A stretch of 64,000 nucleotides of DNA, taken from Azolla caroliniana (Eukaryota > Plantae > Polypodiophyta). Where the stretch lies: NCBI GenBank assembly GCA_043228905.1, contig JBHGNT010000014.1, positions 18,786,001 to 18,850,000 of the forward strand, in the 5' to 3' direction. The notes beneath the pieces were generated by a model, which saw nothing but the letters and a program-made list of their open reading frames with translations, did no database searches and was not told where the DNA came from. Below are positions 51,107 to 64,000 of this stretch, one piece after another. Position 1 is the first letter of the stretch. Every line of letters starts with the position of its first letter. Position numbers and translations under genes: made by a program.

Positions 51107-51324
51107 TGTGGTGATGCCAAAGACAGAATATTATTTTAGTACACTCTCTGTCTCTGCCTCTGCCTCTCTGCTTCTGCTTCATTTTGAAAGTGCATACTGC
51201 AGAGTGCTCCTCTGAGCTGGAGATCCCCATTAGGGTTCTCTCCTTTCAAACATACAATACATATTTGGTAAACATCCATTCCTTTTGCTCTCCAATCCAT
51301 CCATATCCATATCCATATCCATCC

Positions 51325-54002
51325 ATGGAGGTTGAAGCAGAAGAGATGAAGCAGAAGGCTAAAGAACCCCCAGAAGGCAGAGCAGCAGGAGATGCAGCTC
51401 TAAACTGCCCTCTGGACATGGAAACTGGCCTTGAATCTGCCGAATTAATCCACTCCGACATGTCCATAGAAGATGTTGGGGTGCAGAGACGCAGCAGCTG
51501 CACAGAAACCGCCCAAGAACCGCCCAGAAGCATCATCCCGGCCGCAGAAACCACCCATTCATTGGCCAAAAACCACCTATCAGAGGCAACTCCTGCCTTA
51601 GGCCGAGAATATTCCAATACCTGCTATCCCAACCTGAAACCTGGAAGACCATCTACTGGAAAATTCCGGCCGGGCATGGAAGCCGCCCATCAAATGGCCG
51701 GGAAATCCACCAGAAATGGCCAAGCGAAGGATGAGAAAATCAAGAATGAGATCATGAAAGAAAGCCACAGGTCTTCTTCTCCTTCCTCCTCCTCCTCCTC
51801 CTCCTCTTCTTTGGTTTCTGAACGGGAAATTCGAACCAATTTCGTTCCTGGCAAAGAAGATGAAGAAGAAAATATACAGCTCAAAAGCTCACCTGGCCAC
51901 GATGTTAGAATGCCAAGCAAGCAGGATACTGAGTATAAATTTGCTTCCAATCCTACATTAAGAAAGCATGACGAGAGTAAAATTGCTTCCAATCCCACAT
52001 TAAGAAAGCATGACGAGAATAAAATTGCTTCCAATTCTACACTAAGAAAGCATATTGAGAATAAATTTGCTTCCAATTCCACATTAGGACAGCATCGACA
52101 TGATAAGATTCTATTCGATGACGAGGATGATGCTGATGCATCAGAAAATGAACAGAAGAACAAGGAGGTTCCAGCATATACTCATAAGAAGAGCTTTTTT
52201 GAGCCTCTTTACAGTAGTAATAGGCCTTATTCGAAGAGAGAGGATGCATTAAGAGAAAAGAATGGATTGCAACAAAAGGGAATGAAAGACGGGTGGTCAT
52301 TTCCACACTGTGATTCCGAGAGCTTGGAACAGAGCTCTGTCAATGCTGATCTTCAGTTTCCTGATACCATGATGCATGGTATGAAATATGGTGAAGAATC
52401 AAGGCATGATGATACTAAGATGTTTGGTCGAGGACCAAATGCTGATAGTATGATGTATGATGCGCAATCAGTGCCCGATAGCATGATGTACGATGCACAA
52501 TCAAGGGCTGATACCAATTTGGATGATGCAGAATTGAGGCGAAATATTCATCATATTCACGAGCCCCTGTCTGAGAATCATGGATACGGACCTGAGCATG
52601 TCAGCGCTAGTCATTCAGGATTAATGAGCAGTAGTCCGAATGTGAAACCACGTCCCCCGCCCTCTGGAACATACTATCAACCTCTCTCAGCCAATGTAAA
52701 GAAAATACAGCTTATTTTGCGACTTGGAGGTGCGTTGTGCTCTGTTATAGCCTTTGTGGTAATGTTCTGTACATATGAAACCCGAGTTGCTGCTGGAAGT
52801 ACTTTTCATGTCAAGTTCAGTGACTTCCAAGCGTACAAGTAAGTGAAGAAAAAAAACATAGATCAACTCCGAAAAGCAATAGTCTATATGCGACTACATG
52901 TGCGAAGATTAGTCCTATCATATTAGGTTGTGTGCTTCCGTGTGATTATTAGATGGTTGCTAAACATTAACTTTAAAAATGAAAGACAAAGTATTTTTTC
53001 ATCCATTCTATTTCAAAAATTAACCCCAAAATTTAGATCAAGTATAAATATAGATTATATATCATAGTGATTGCAAATGTAGATTATTTACTATGTATCA
53101 TAATCGTTGCAAATATAGACGATTTATCATATGGATTATGTAGATTAGTGCTTGCAAAGCTTAACTTGGAAATTCATTGACTAAGTATCATATGGATTAT
53201 GTATCACATAGTGATTTTGTAAAGTAATTCCCAAATATCACACTGACCAAGTATTTGCCATTTTTTGTCACTTTTTTTTGGGGGTTGGGGTGGGGATGTT
53301 GTGTTTCAGTTATCTTGTTGCTCTCAATATGCTCTCTTCTCTTTATTCAAGTGGGCATTTAATCAATTTTGCACGATCCAAGGGTAGTGTCTTGACTTCT
53401 CCCATTAAAGGTGCAGCCTTGGTGTACATATGTGATCAGGTTTGATCTTTCCTTTCCCTGAAATTACAATTTTTTCTCATGGATTAATCATGTTATTATA
53501 TGACAACACACTGAAGCATCCAAAAAAGTACCCATTAATTTTTCAGACATTTGACCAGAATACCCCTGGTTTAGTTCAAGAATGTACATCTAGGGTTTTC
53601 AAAACTCTCCAGACTACCATATGTAGTACAAAAGCTCAAACTTTGTCTGGGTATTTTTGATGAATTTTGGAAACTTGAGATGTACTAGTAACTTGCTGAT
53701 TATTGAGGGGTATATTTTGGTTTTCCCTCCTGCATTTTGAATACTTGTAATTACAATACATAATTTTTTTCCAGATGCTAGCATTCTTGCTGGTATCATC
53801 GAGCTCATCAGCAGCGACAGCATCAGGGCTTTCATATAATGGTTGGCATAACATATGGCCACCAGCGTGTTCCACATGGAGCCTTTGGGTGTTTTGTTCG
53901 AAAGCTGATAGTGCAATTGCAATGGCATTTTTCTCGTCTTTCCTTGCAATGCTGTCATCCTTCTTCTCCGGGTATCATTTCTCAGTTTTATTGGCAGAGT
54001 AG
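51325..54002 (+). CDS. CASP-like (CASPL/DUF588) membrane protein with a long disordered N-terminus; exons 51325-52838, 53310-53439, 53775-54002
   Basis: LILRLGGALCSVIAFVVM...KFSDFQAYN|YLVALNMLSSLYS...YICDQ|MLAFLLVSSSSAAA...FCSKADSAIAMAFFSSFLAMLSS are CASP-family motifs with GT-AG junctions. Confidence 0.85.
51935..52100 (+). repeat. Coding 39-bp tandem repeat (4 copies; K[FI]ASN[PS]TLRKH...)
   Basis: aaa(t/a)ttgcttccaat(c/t)c.aca.taag repeated four times. Confidence 0.85.
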
Positions 54003-55397
54003 TGATATAATACCATATTAGGATACATTTGGGGATGCAGGTTTTCAGTTATGAGTGCAAATAACCACATGTTGGATACTAGTTTTTTCGGTTTTGAGCA
54101 CAATGTTTTGGTGTGCTATGTATGACAGATGTGTTGCTTAACACAAGACACATAGAGTTCAAGTATGACACAGAGTTTTCAAGCATATTTATCTTCTTCA
54201 CTTGTACACCATATGTATGTAACACCAAGGCAGGGTCACACCATATGTATGTAACACCTGGCATAAAACCTGATTATACCTTTTATTATGAGCAGTCAAG
54301 TTTGCTACATCAATATACTCCAGTGGTTTTTTTTTCTCATGAGAGTAATTATTATTGGGATGAATGTTGGATCTGGACTTGGCAGTTGTCTTCACATTTA
54401 TTACAGAACTAATGTATTTTGTAAACTTTGTGATATTTACTTTGCCCTTGGGCCTTGATGAAATTGTGTCCTCACAAATTTTAACGAAAATGAGTGGAGA
54501 TTCTAAAAATAATCAAAGTAAATTAGCTTTACCCTGTGCTAGTGAACTGGGTAGTGGTGCTCCATATTTCTAGACCACAGTGATCAAGGTGAAGTTGCAG
54601 AATTTAGAGCCTTTTATCAACAATGTTGCAGTCTTATGAAAATATAGCTTTTAATAACATGTTGGATGATGAGTTCCTCATAGTACATTGATTGAGACCT
54701 CTATTGTGTTCACTTTGCTTGAACATTTATTTGGACTTTGAGATGTTAGTGGATAGGTCTATACTCCTGAAGAACTTAAGAGGCTTCCAAGTATTTATTT
54801 CACATTATCATTGTCAATTATAATGCCAAATTGGCAAATAATAACATTGAAGTGATCAGAAAATACTATGTACAGTCAGAATTCATTACATTACTGCAGG
54901 ACCACAATATACTATGCATTTCTCTGTATGCCTTTGATAATCTTCCTGTATTGAAATAGAAGTAATCATTCAACCAATTTCTATAAGCAGTCATGTGGAT
55001 TAAACAGCTCTACGAAATTATTTAGAACCATTTAGTACAAGACATGTAGTTTGTGTTGCTGAAACATTCAATGGAATAATGATATTTGAGCTTTTATGTC
55101 AAAATAAGAAAGAAATTCCTATCTTTAACAATAACGGTGCAATTTGAATATGTGACATGCCAATTTATTCCTTGCTAATTAAAAGAAAAAACATCACGAG
55201 CTCTCCCATTCACTAGTAGTGAATAAAGAATGAATCCTGCTCAACAAAGCTGGATGAAAAACTTTGTTTTTTTATACACACATTAGTATTAGTGGTAGTA
55301 GTAGCAATAGTAGTCATTTCTACGGCCCCACTATTCAATTCAAAAATCAATAAGAAGAAAGAGATTTTTCGCTCCTTTCCGTACTGTTCTTGTCCAG

Positions 55398-57578
55398 TTA
55401 GGAGGATGAGGCAGGTGGAGGCATAGAATACATTACTTGTGCCATGTTCGAGGCAGCACCAGAGACAACAACTTGAGAGGCAAGATGAGGTCTTACAACA
55501 TAAGGCATAGACATTGAGGGAGGAGCTATGGGAACAGGGGTTCCTAGAGCCACTGGTTGGCCAACTGCCGGAAGCGCATATACACTGCTACCCATTGGTG
55601 GAAAAGTGGTTGGGTTTGGAGGAGATGTGAAGACAGGGGTTGTCGACGGTTGTTGAGATGGCCCTGCTATGTGTGAATCCCCCCCATTGTTAAAACTTGT
55701 GATATCATGTATGCTCGATCTTCTCTTCTCCTTTGGCATTGAGTTGCGGCGTATGAAGAACTTTTGTGCATGGCTCGCTACCTGGGTTGGCGTTCTCGTC
55801 ACCACAAAGTTCCTTGATATGCTTCTCCAATCTCCTTTGCCATACTTCTCCAAGCCGAGTAGAAAGAGTCTGATGCCAAAGGAGGGTAAGCAAAAGAAAA
55901 CAATTAGCTGCATATTGAGAGAATGGAAGGAAGTAAAACTAGTTCTGCTAGGAGTATGTACTATGGTTTAAGAAAGTATCCTTAAAAAAAGCTTCCATCA
56001 CACACGAAGTATAGTTAAGATCTTTAAAATAAACTTGGTTCGCTATCAAGAGAATACACGTATACACATGATATAAATGAGCACTGATACACACACACAC
56101 ACGCACACACGCACACACACGACACAGCTGCTTAATTTCAACTGCAATTACGAATAATATCTTATCTAAACCCTTGAAATCTAAGAAACATGTGATTTGA
56201 TTTCAAATGAGCACTGATACACACACACACACATGACACAGCCGATTAATTTCAACTGCAATTACAAATAATATCTTGTCTAAACCCTTGAAATCTAAGA
56301 AACATGTGATTTGATTACATGAATCAAACACTGAAGGGAACTTTACAAAATATATCCATTGATGTCATTGATATATATGACATATGCATAAAGAGAAGCC
56401 AAAATCTTGGCAACATAAGATATAATGTAATGTGCCAGTGTACAATCAAAATCTATAAATAACATGGTCTACAAGGTTGGGGTACATTCATATACACATT
56501 TCATGATTAATAATCCTTCATGGTTTTCCCAAGCCCCCAGAAAATATTGTCTTGCTACACATGTAACCTTAAGAATGAATCAACATACTGCCTTGATAGA
56601 CATGTAACATTAGGTCTAAATCTACAATGTGGCCAGAATCATAGCTTTAAAATGTCTGTAAGACTTCCAGTGTATAGGCATGGGAAGAATCGGTCACATT
56701 CGATCCATTCCATCGAATTGGCCCCAATACATGCACACCCATTATTTCAAAGCCATGGTGTGTAACCTCGAAGTGAGGTGAAATCACACAAAAGTTTTTC
56801 ACATTTAAGATTAGAGACATTCAAGGACTAGAGCATACATATGCTTACCCAGCCAATGTCATGAGATATACACACAATCACACATACATCCATCCATAGA
56901 TGGACAGATAGATGGACATATACATACATACACATAGACAGATCACATTTACATTACATAACATACTGCATACCTATGCTCTTCCTCGGTCCATGGGATG
57001 CCTTTCCTCCTCTCCTGGTCAGCTTTGGAGAGATTACCTTTCTGCCCACCACCATTACTTCCATGATGACTACCTTGCTTCTTCTCTCCAAGAAGAGGAG
57101 CAGTAGAAGAAGAAGAAGATAGGTGAGTGGGTGGTGGTGGTGGTGGTGGTGGTGGTGGGAGAGGGGCATAGAGAGGAAGAGGTATCCTTCCACTCTCTAT
57201 ACCTTCCACATCCTCTAAGAGCAGCTTATAGTGCCTCTCCACCTCCTCTGCATTCTTACCACTCACAAGGCCAGCCACACATTTCCACCTGTCATCACCT
57301 GATTGTATGAATGCTAACAGTGCATCCTCAAATTGCTGGTTTTGCTGAGCTGTCCAGTAGGAGCTTGAGGTCTCTTCCTCTTCCTCTTCTTCTTCTTCCT
57401 CTTCCTCTTCTTCCTCTTCCTCTTCCTCTTCTTCTTCTTCCTCTTCTTCTCCTTCCTCTTCCTCTTCCTCTGTTCCTAGAGGAGATCCAATGGAAGCCGG
57501 CAAAGATTCTGCAGAATCTAGCCCAGTTGAATCTAGGAGGAAGTCAGGAGGAGAGGAAGAAGAGTGGTCTTCTGCCAT
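55398..57578 (-). CDS. DIVARICATA-like MYB transcription factor (SANT plus SHAQKY-class MYB); exons 57578-56974 and 55869-55398
   Basis: [14 protein letters not shown]...[38 protein letters not shown]; [14 protein letters not shown]|[38 protein letters not shown]...[10 protein letters not shown]. Confidence 0.92.
56075..56315. repeat. Tandem duplication (about 120 bp) within the MYB intron
   Basis: aaatgagcactgatacacac...ttcaactgcaattac...taaacccttgaaatctaagaaacatgtgatttgatt occurs twice. Confidence 0.8.
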
Positions 57579-57974
57579 ACACACATCTACTTACAATATT
57601 CCTCTCCTTCTGCCTCCCTCCTTGTCTCTCTCTCTCTCTCTCTCTCATTCATTCATTTACTCATAGACACGAGATTATGTTGCCCCTTCTCTCTCTCTCT
57701 CTCTCTCCTCCCCTGCTTCTCAATCTGCCTCTAGGGTATTATGCATCACAAAAGAAGATAATAATATTATGTATATGTATGCCATGACATGACATGGTGG
57801 CATGGCATGGTGGCATGTCCCAAGTTCTCCCAACCACAACATATCTGTGCTATGTGTACTACCCTTAAAGATAGAGTATAAAGGAGAACTATGATGTATG
57901 CATCATGTATGTATGTATGTATGTATGTGCACTGCAACAACCCTCAAGGATACAATAGAAAGTAGGAATCATTA

Positions 57975-58218
57975 CATGAACCATACGTGCATTCGCATTC
58001 GTCTAAACATCCGAGTATGGTCAACACCCTCGAAAGCATGGTAAATACCATACTTTTGTATCCATTTTTATTATAAAGTAAAAACAAATTCAAGTTAAGA
58101 AAGTTAAGGTAAAAGTGTAAAAAAACATTTTAAAAAATGTTTTTGATAACATACGCATTCGTTTTCATTCGTGTAAAACGAATGTTTGCCCATGCATCCG
58201 AGTATATTACGTACTATG
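57975..58218. mobile_element. Second, inverted copy of the MITE-like element at 16415-16688
   Basis: Reverse complement catagtacgtaa...aacattcgtttt...aaaacgaatgcgtatgttatc aligns with 16415-16495. Confidence 0.5.
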
Positions 58219-59319
58219 GTAGGAACTATGTATGCATGTGTGTATGTGCGCAACCCTCAAGGATATATTAGAAAGGAGAACTATGTATGTATGTATGTAT
58301 GTATGTATGTATGTATGTATGTATGTATGGATGTATATGTGCGTGTATGTGTATGTATGCATGCATGTATTTATGTATGTTCATATGTATGTATATGTAT
58401 GCATGCGTGTATTTAAGTATGTATGCATCCAATATCTCAAGGAGAGAAAAAATGATGCACACATCTAGTTTTTAAGCTAGGTTGTGTAAATTGCGCATAG
58501 AAACCAGTGTCATGGCATAAGTGAACAACGTGACTGACTTAGCTTCTACTTTGATCTCGTCGATCATATCAAAATGTATGTATTCATACATGCTCATAAA
58601 CTTTATGTCTTATAGGCCAATTCAAAAGAAATAATGTTTGGTCTCATAGGCCAATTCAAAAGAAATATAATAATGTTTGGTTTGGTCTCACAAGTTACTT
58701 TGGCTTCTTAAGGGACATTAACGTTTATTTCTTCAATCCTCCTCCCAAGTGTATAAGACAAAAGAAGATATAAAATGTAAATATGTATGCAAATATGCGT
58801 TATACACTTGACATCTACATCATAATCATGTCCCTACATACATCATAATCATGTCCCTACATCATCCTATGTGCACAATGTACCGACATACCGTATGGTA
58901 ACAACACATGTCTCTCCTACAACATATCCCCAACATTCAATTATCCATACACATTCCCTAATTTACCCAACATTGAATTCATAGGTTCATGATACATACT
59001 TGTAGGATGATAAAAACATACCCCATGGGTATGTTCCTCCATATAAAGGGCATTGCCCCATGTCAAACTATTGTTGTGCGGCACTTGTGCCAATTACCAA
59101 ATAGCTCTAATCTTGCATGTCTTGCAACATTTTGGGGCACATGTTCAATCCTAAAATTAGGCATGTATATACAATGTAATTGCATGTATGGACATCTAGA
59201 TACATGCAAACATGCATCAAATCAATATATGCGCTAAACCACACACATGTGCACGCACATACACATGCATTTTTGTAAAGGAAAATTGTTCATTAGTATA
59301 ATAGGCACACACATGTATG

Positions 59320-59365
<46 letters not shown>

Positions 59366-62300
59366 CTCAAGTGATCAACAACCATCTTGTATAGAGCTTT
59401 ATATGTGTATATGTATACTCTATGCGCATGCATGGCACATATGACATATGTAAATTACATAGAGCACATTGTGTGTGTTATGTATTTGCATACAAACACT
59501 TAGAAATCAAACCTCAAAGATTGTTCCATTTGCCATGAATATATGTACACTTATAAACATACATAACAACGTCAAATCACGTATAAAATATAAATAAAAT
59601 CATAGAATCACATGATTATGTCCCTAGATAACAATGACATGAGTATATCTATATTGGCATGCATGCACATACATTACACATGGATTTACATGACATGAAA
59701 CTACATATATAACATTTGTGCAACCCTAAATAAGTGATCTAAACAATGTTACCAATGTTTAAAAAAACAAATGACACTCTAAAGTTCTTTGTGATTAATA
59801 CAACGCTATTTTTGGGACAAAAACATCTTATGCCCTAGCCAAAGAGTTTTTGTACCTAAGAACTATGACCGCATTACAATTTAACCTACAAGCTCGAGCA
59901 TGTACGCAAGAATGATAGACTCTATTATTGCCCACATTAATTGGAGTTGTCTATGTGGGTGCCATTTAATCATAATAATCAAAAAACATATGTATTTGTA
60001 CAATTCAATACTCTCTTAAAGACGTGAGATTTTCTACAATGATGTAAAACCACCACATAACATCAAATCTATACACAAACATGTAACCAATTGTCTTTGT
60101 CAATAGGAGACATTCATTCAGTTCCTTCAGCATTAAGAGGTGCACCAAAAAGCCCCCATGTCCATTTATGGATCCAAAAATACCCCAATAGATCTATTGT
60201 AAATAGCAGCGATGAACATATTTCTATCATTACGAGGGTAAAAGATTTGATGATGCCCAAAAATGTCTTTTATGAAACTAGAAAATGCCATATGAATGTA
60301 TTTCTTGGCAATTATATTCAATGTGTAAATGATGTGAGTTGAGGCAAAACATGTTTATGGTTAAGTGATAAACTAGTGGTATTGCACAAATCAAAATGAA
60401 CATAGCACAATTAGCCCAAGTTATGGCAACTTTAAATTTAGCAATATCATCATGTGTCTAAATATAAAAGACTTTTGGTACACAAAAGTCCCCCATAATT
60501 CCTTCATTGTGTATGAATCCACCATGCCCTTGAAGTTCATTTGTTAGTCACCCACAAGAGTACAAACATACAAACATTATGAAGACAAGGATTGCAATGT
60601 AATATATATATTATCTAACCAATGTTAATACAAGATCAATCAATGTGAAAACATGTAATAGTTCCCCACATAAAATGCAGCAAAAGTTTATCCATGAATG
60701 TGTATCCTTTGATTATTATTTGACAAGGTAAAGAACATTGAAATGTGTAATTCCTCCGGTCTTGTCCTTCAAATATGGTAGCCCTTTTTGGCATTTTCAG
60801 CCACCAAGATTGTTGTTACTTTTGCCAATCACTTGAGAATCACATCTCTATGTATACTTCTTTATATAATGAATGGATATCTTTAAAAAAAAAACCATTG
60901 GCAACATGATAATAATGTATGTCAATGAAGTTAGAATGACGAAACTTGATTGTTATGGATACATACATATGTTATCATGAAAGTATATGTTCATACATGA
61001 ACAACAATATTTTTCAAGTAAAAAAAAAACAAGAAAACCTGAAAACAAAGGCTTCAACAAAGCTTGAAATCAATCATAAGTAAAAAGGGCAATAAGCACC
61101 CAAGTTTGAATTTGAAGGAAATGACAAGAATTCCTTTAATTATTACAAAAGGCCAAAAAGTGTGTTGTCCACATTCATGTGACGACTAGAGGGTTTCCTG
61201 TCTTAATAGCACAATGCATGATGTTCCACCAATACATCAATAATGGATGCTTTACTTTTATTTCGTCTTTATTTCATTTCATATGCCCTCTTTTTCTAAG
61301 CCTTCCTTATTTTGATATATTGTTAACCTAACTTATAAGCATATTAAATATCTAAAAGACATATTAACCAATATTCGTTTGTAAGCCATTATACTCATCT
61401 ACGAGAGTCGACTTGCAAGCATGTCAACATTGCAACAGTGTTTCTTAATGCGCTGTTTGAAAAGAGAATGTTAACATACGATGGTACAAGTTATTGTTGT
61501 GATAGTGATTCATCACAATGATGTTACTTGATTTAATAGTAGTGAAATTTGAACAATAAGAAATCAATGTTTCTAAATTTACCATTGGATTTGTATGTGA
61601 TATATGCTTTTAAGAGCATAATCTTTTGTGTTGATGTTGTCATAATGTTTGTGATATGGAGAGGACATGCAATTTTTAACAATCATAATGCCATACAAAA
61701 ACATAGCGAGGGGAAACATCAAATCTTCCATACCCAACTATAATATTTAATTATTGGGACATCCCTTGTTCTTATTGGGCTACACAATAATTAGATTCGT
61801 CATTGAGCTCAACACCTTTGTGTCCTTGATTGATTACCAACAACACATCAATTTCATTCTATATTAACACATAAATGTGGTGTAGAGAAAAATTGATAAT
61901 AGGATGATGCATATATATACATGTATGAGTGTGCATATATGTTTCTCTAAAATATGTACATGTCAATATGCACTCGCACATGCCATCAAAATGTATGGTC
62001 TATAATTTGATCACCAAACACACGAGAAAATTCATGACGCAATACGTATATGTCAACTTAAAGGATTAATATAAATTCTAATATGATACATGATACCCTA
62101 ACATTGCATCAACTTCTTTGTATTTGTCTTTCTTCCAGCCAACTTCCAAAAGTTTTTTCATAGAAATTGAAATATGTTAGGCTTGTCTAGTAGAACCCAT
62201 GTTAGAATAATATGCAAAAACTAGCCAAACCCATTCATCTCTGATGATCCCTGATCAACATTCTGTGTTCAAGTTTGCAATCTTGATTATTAACATTTAC

Positions 62301-62899
62301 TACCTTTAACACCAACTTGATCATGGTATTGGAGGTGATGGATGTTGACATAACAAAGCATGTTGAGTTAATTAGTACATACACAAAACCAATGTTTGAA
62401 CATTCAGAATGTTAGTTTTCAAATATATGTTTATATAAAGCAAACGTGAATAAATCATGATATAGTTTAGTGGTTAGAATACCACGTTGGCTCGAATGCC
62501 TAAAGAGACCACCTAGAAAGCTAACCTTGTATGTGTAACCCTTGTTCAAACATAGACATTCTACTGTGAAGTAGGAATATTTTTGCTTACGAAAGAGAGA
62601 CGTATCAAGAAATGTTTTGTATTGAGGTCCCATAAGTAAATATGGGCCTCTTTATGGACGTTAAAAAATATCATTCTCTTTTCCAAATGTATGTTTATGT
62701 CAAAGCAATAAGAAGATCCTTAAACACATGTTGTCCTTACTACAAAAGCTCTCATGGCAAGCTACACATCCAAATTTCTTATTTGTTCTCCTCCAAATCT
62801 TCTACACATCCTTCTAAGTAAGGTGTGCATTCCATCATACATACAAGCTTATTTGTTTTCCTCTAAATATTCTACATATGCTCACATATAGAGGTGAAC

Positions 62900-63930
62900 A
62901 TATACAATTTGTTTGAAGCTTTAAATACCTTGTATTGATGTACCCGCCACAAATAAATGGAGTGCATGCTTTGATTCTAGGCTCCAAGCCGGTTGGAAAT
63001 CGTATTACCTTTTGGAGAACCAATGCAACCAAAGTGATACTTGTGGATGGAAAGTAAAACTAATGTTGTTCAATGCCATGTTAACTCAAGTATTGCTTTA
63101 TCGAGTAGAAGTATGGGGTGGCACCATCTCTCTTAGTGCATTGAATGAGATTGACAAAATTCAAAAGATGTTTTTAAGGAGGAAATTAGGAGTTAAATGC
63201 ACTACCTCTTACTAGATTATGCTATTGGAAACAAGTGTTCGACCCATAAAACTATTGGCACTCCAAAGAGTATATAAATACATTACAAAAGTCAAGAATA
63301 TGTTGAATCATGGATTGCCACATCTTGCTTGGAATGTTGGATGTAAGCTACAAAAGAATCATAAAACTAAGATTCTCTCATCTGGTTGGGTTGTTGACAT
63401 AATGAAATGCTTTAGAAGATGGGGTGTGGATGATCTTTTAGAGTTTTCGGGAAATGATATGTAGTATGTAATGATTGAGGAAAGGTTGGTGGAATCATTA
63501 AGGATGATGTGGGAAGATGCTAAGAGGACAAAGCTAGAATACTACATTGCAAATGTCAACCCTGAATGTTGGTCTCAATATAAAGCAAGAATGCCTATCG
63601 ATCATATCCAACCTTATCTCATCACCAATATAAGTAGTAATGCTCGTAGAGCCCTTACACTACTTTGCACTCGATCTCACAAGTTAGGTATTGAAGTTGC
63701 ATCATGGTATCAAAATGTAACGAATTTGAAGTCATGGTAGAGCATGAATGTCACTTGCTCTTCACATGCTTGACATATAGTGCAATTCGTTCAAGATATG
63801 TTGACATACTAAGAGGGAGGGATAACCTAAGTGCCATACTTAAGACACCATCGAGAAGGTTGAGCTAATATGTGTATGCTTTATTCACACATAGAGACTT
63901 TGTGCTTCAATGTATGAATACCCCTTCTTA
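62900..63930 (+). mobile_element. RTE-like LINE ORF2 3' remnant with in-frame stops
   Basis: FKYL...KLMLFNAMLTQVLLYRVEVWG...DKIQKMFLRRKLGV...RSHKLGIEV...HLLFTC. Confidence 0.8.
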
Positions 63931-64000
63931 GGAAGGAGACACATATCAAGAACACATGTATAGTCTGGTCCGATAGGTCAACATTGGCCTCTTTTTATGT

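Noticed and set aside
59700-62830. Possible decayed DNA-transposon (Cys-rich) coding remnants
   Set aside because: Only vague Cys/His-rich patches; no diagnostic motif or termini could be identified by eye.

Overview
AT-rich, intron-containing land-plant nuclear DNA, probably from a fern (inferred from very regular PLS-PPR tracts and their E-domain ends). Seven protein-coding genes can be built with canonical GT-AG introns: two PLS-class PPR genes (45-2290 +, 36975-39866 -), TGD4 (4847-10909 +), the VLCFA enoyl-CoA reductase ECR/CER10 (12825-15577 -), a RIC-type CRIB protein (27120-30054 -), a CASP-like protein (51325-54002 +) and a DIVARICATA-like MYB (55398-57578 -). They lie among decayed LINE, Ty3/gypsy, Ty1/copia and MITE remnants and microsatellites. 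Two architectures are invisible in the ORF track and emerge only after splicing. (1) Both PPR genes carry a short hidden first exon that completes an OSB-type PDF ssDNA-binding motif at the N-terminus, split by an intron at the same position in both genes. Neither has an evident transit peptide or a DYW domain. (2) The RIC gene encodes an N-terminal WH1/EVH1-like domain, then a basic patch, then CRIB. This is the order seen in the N-terminal half of WASP, a family generally considered absent from land plants. Domain calls are by eye and need HMM or structure confirmation.
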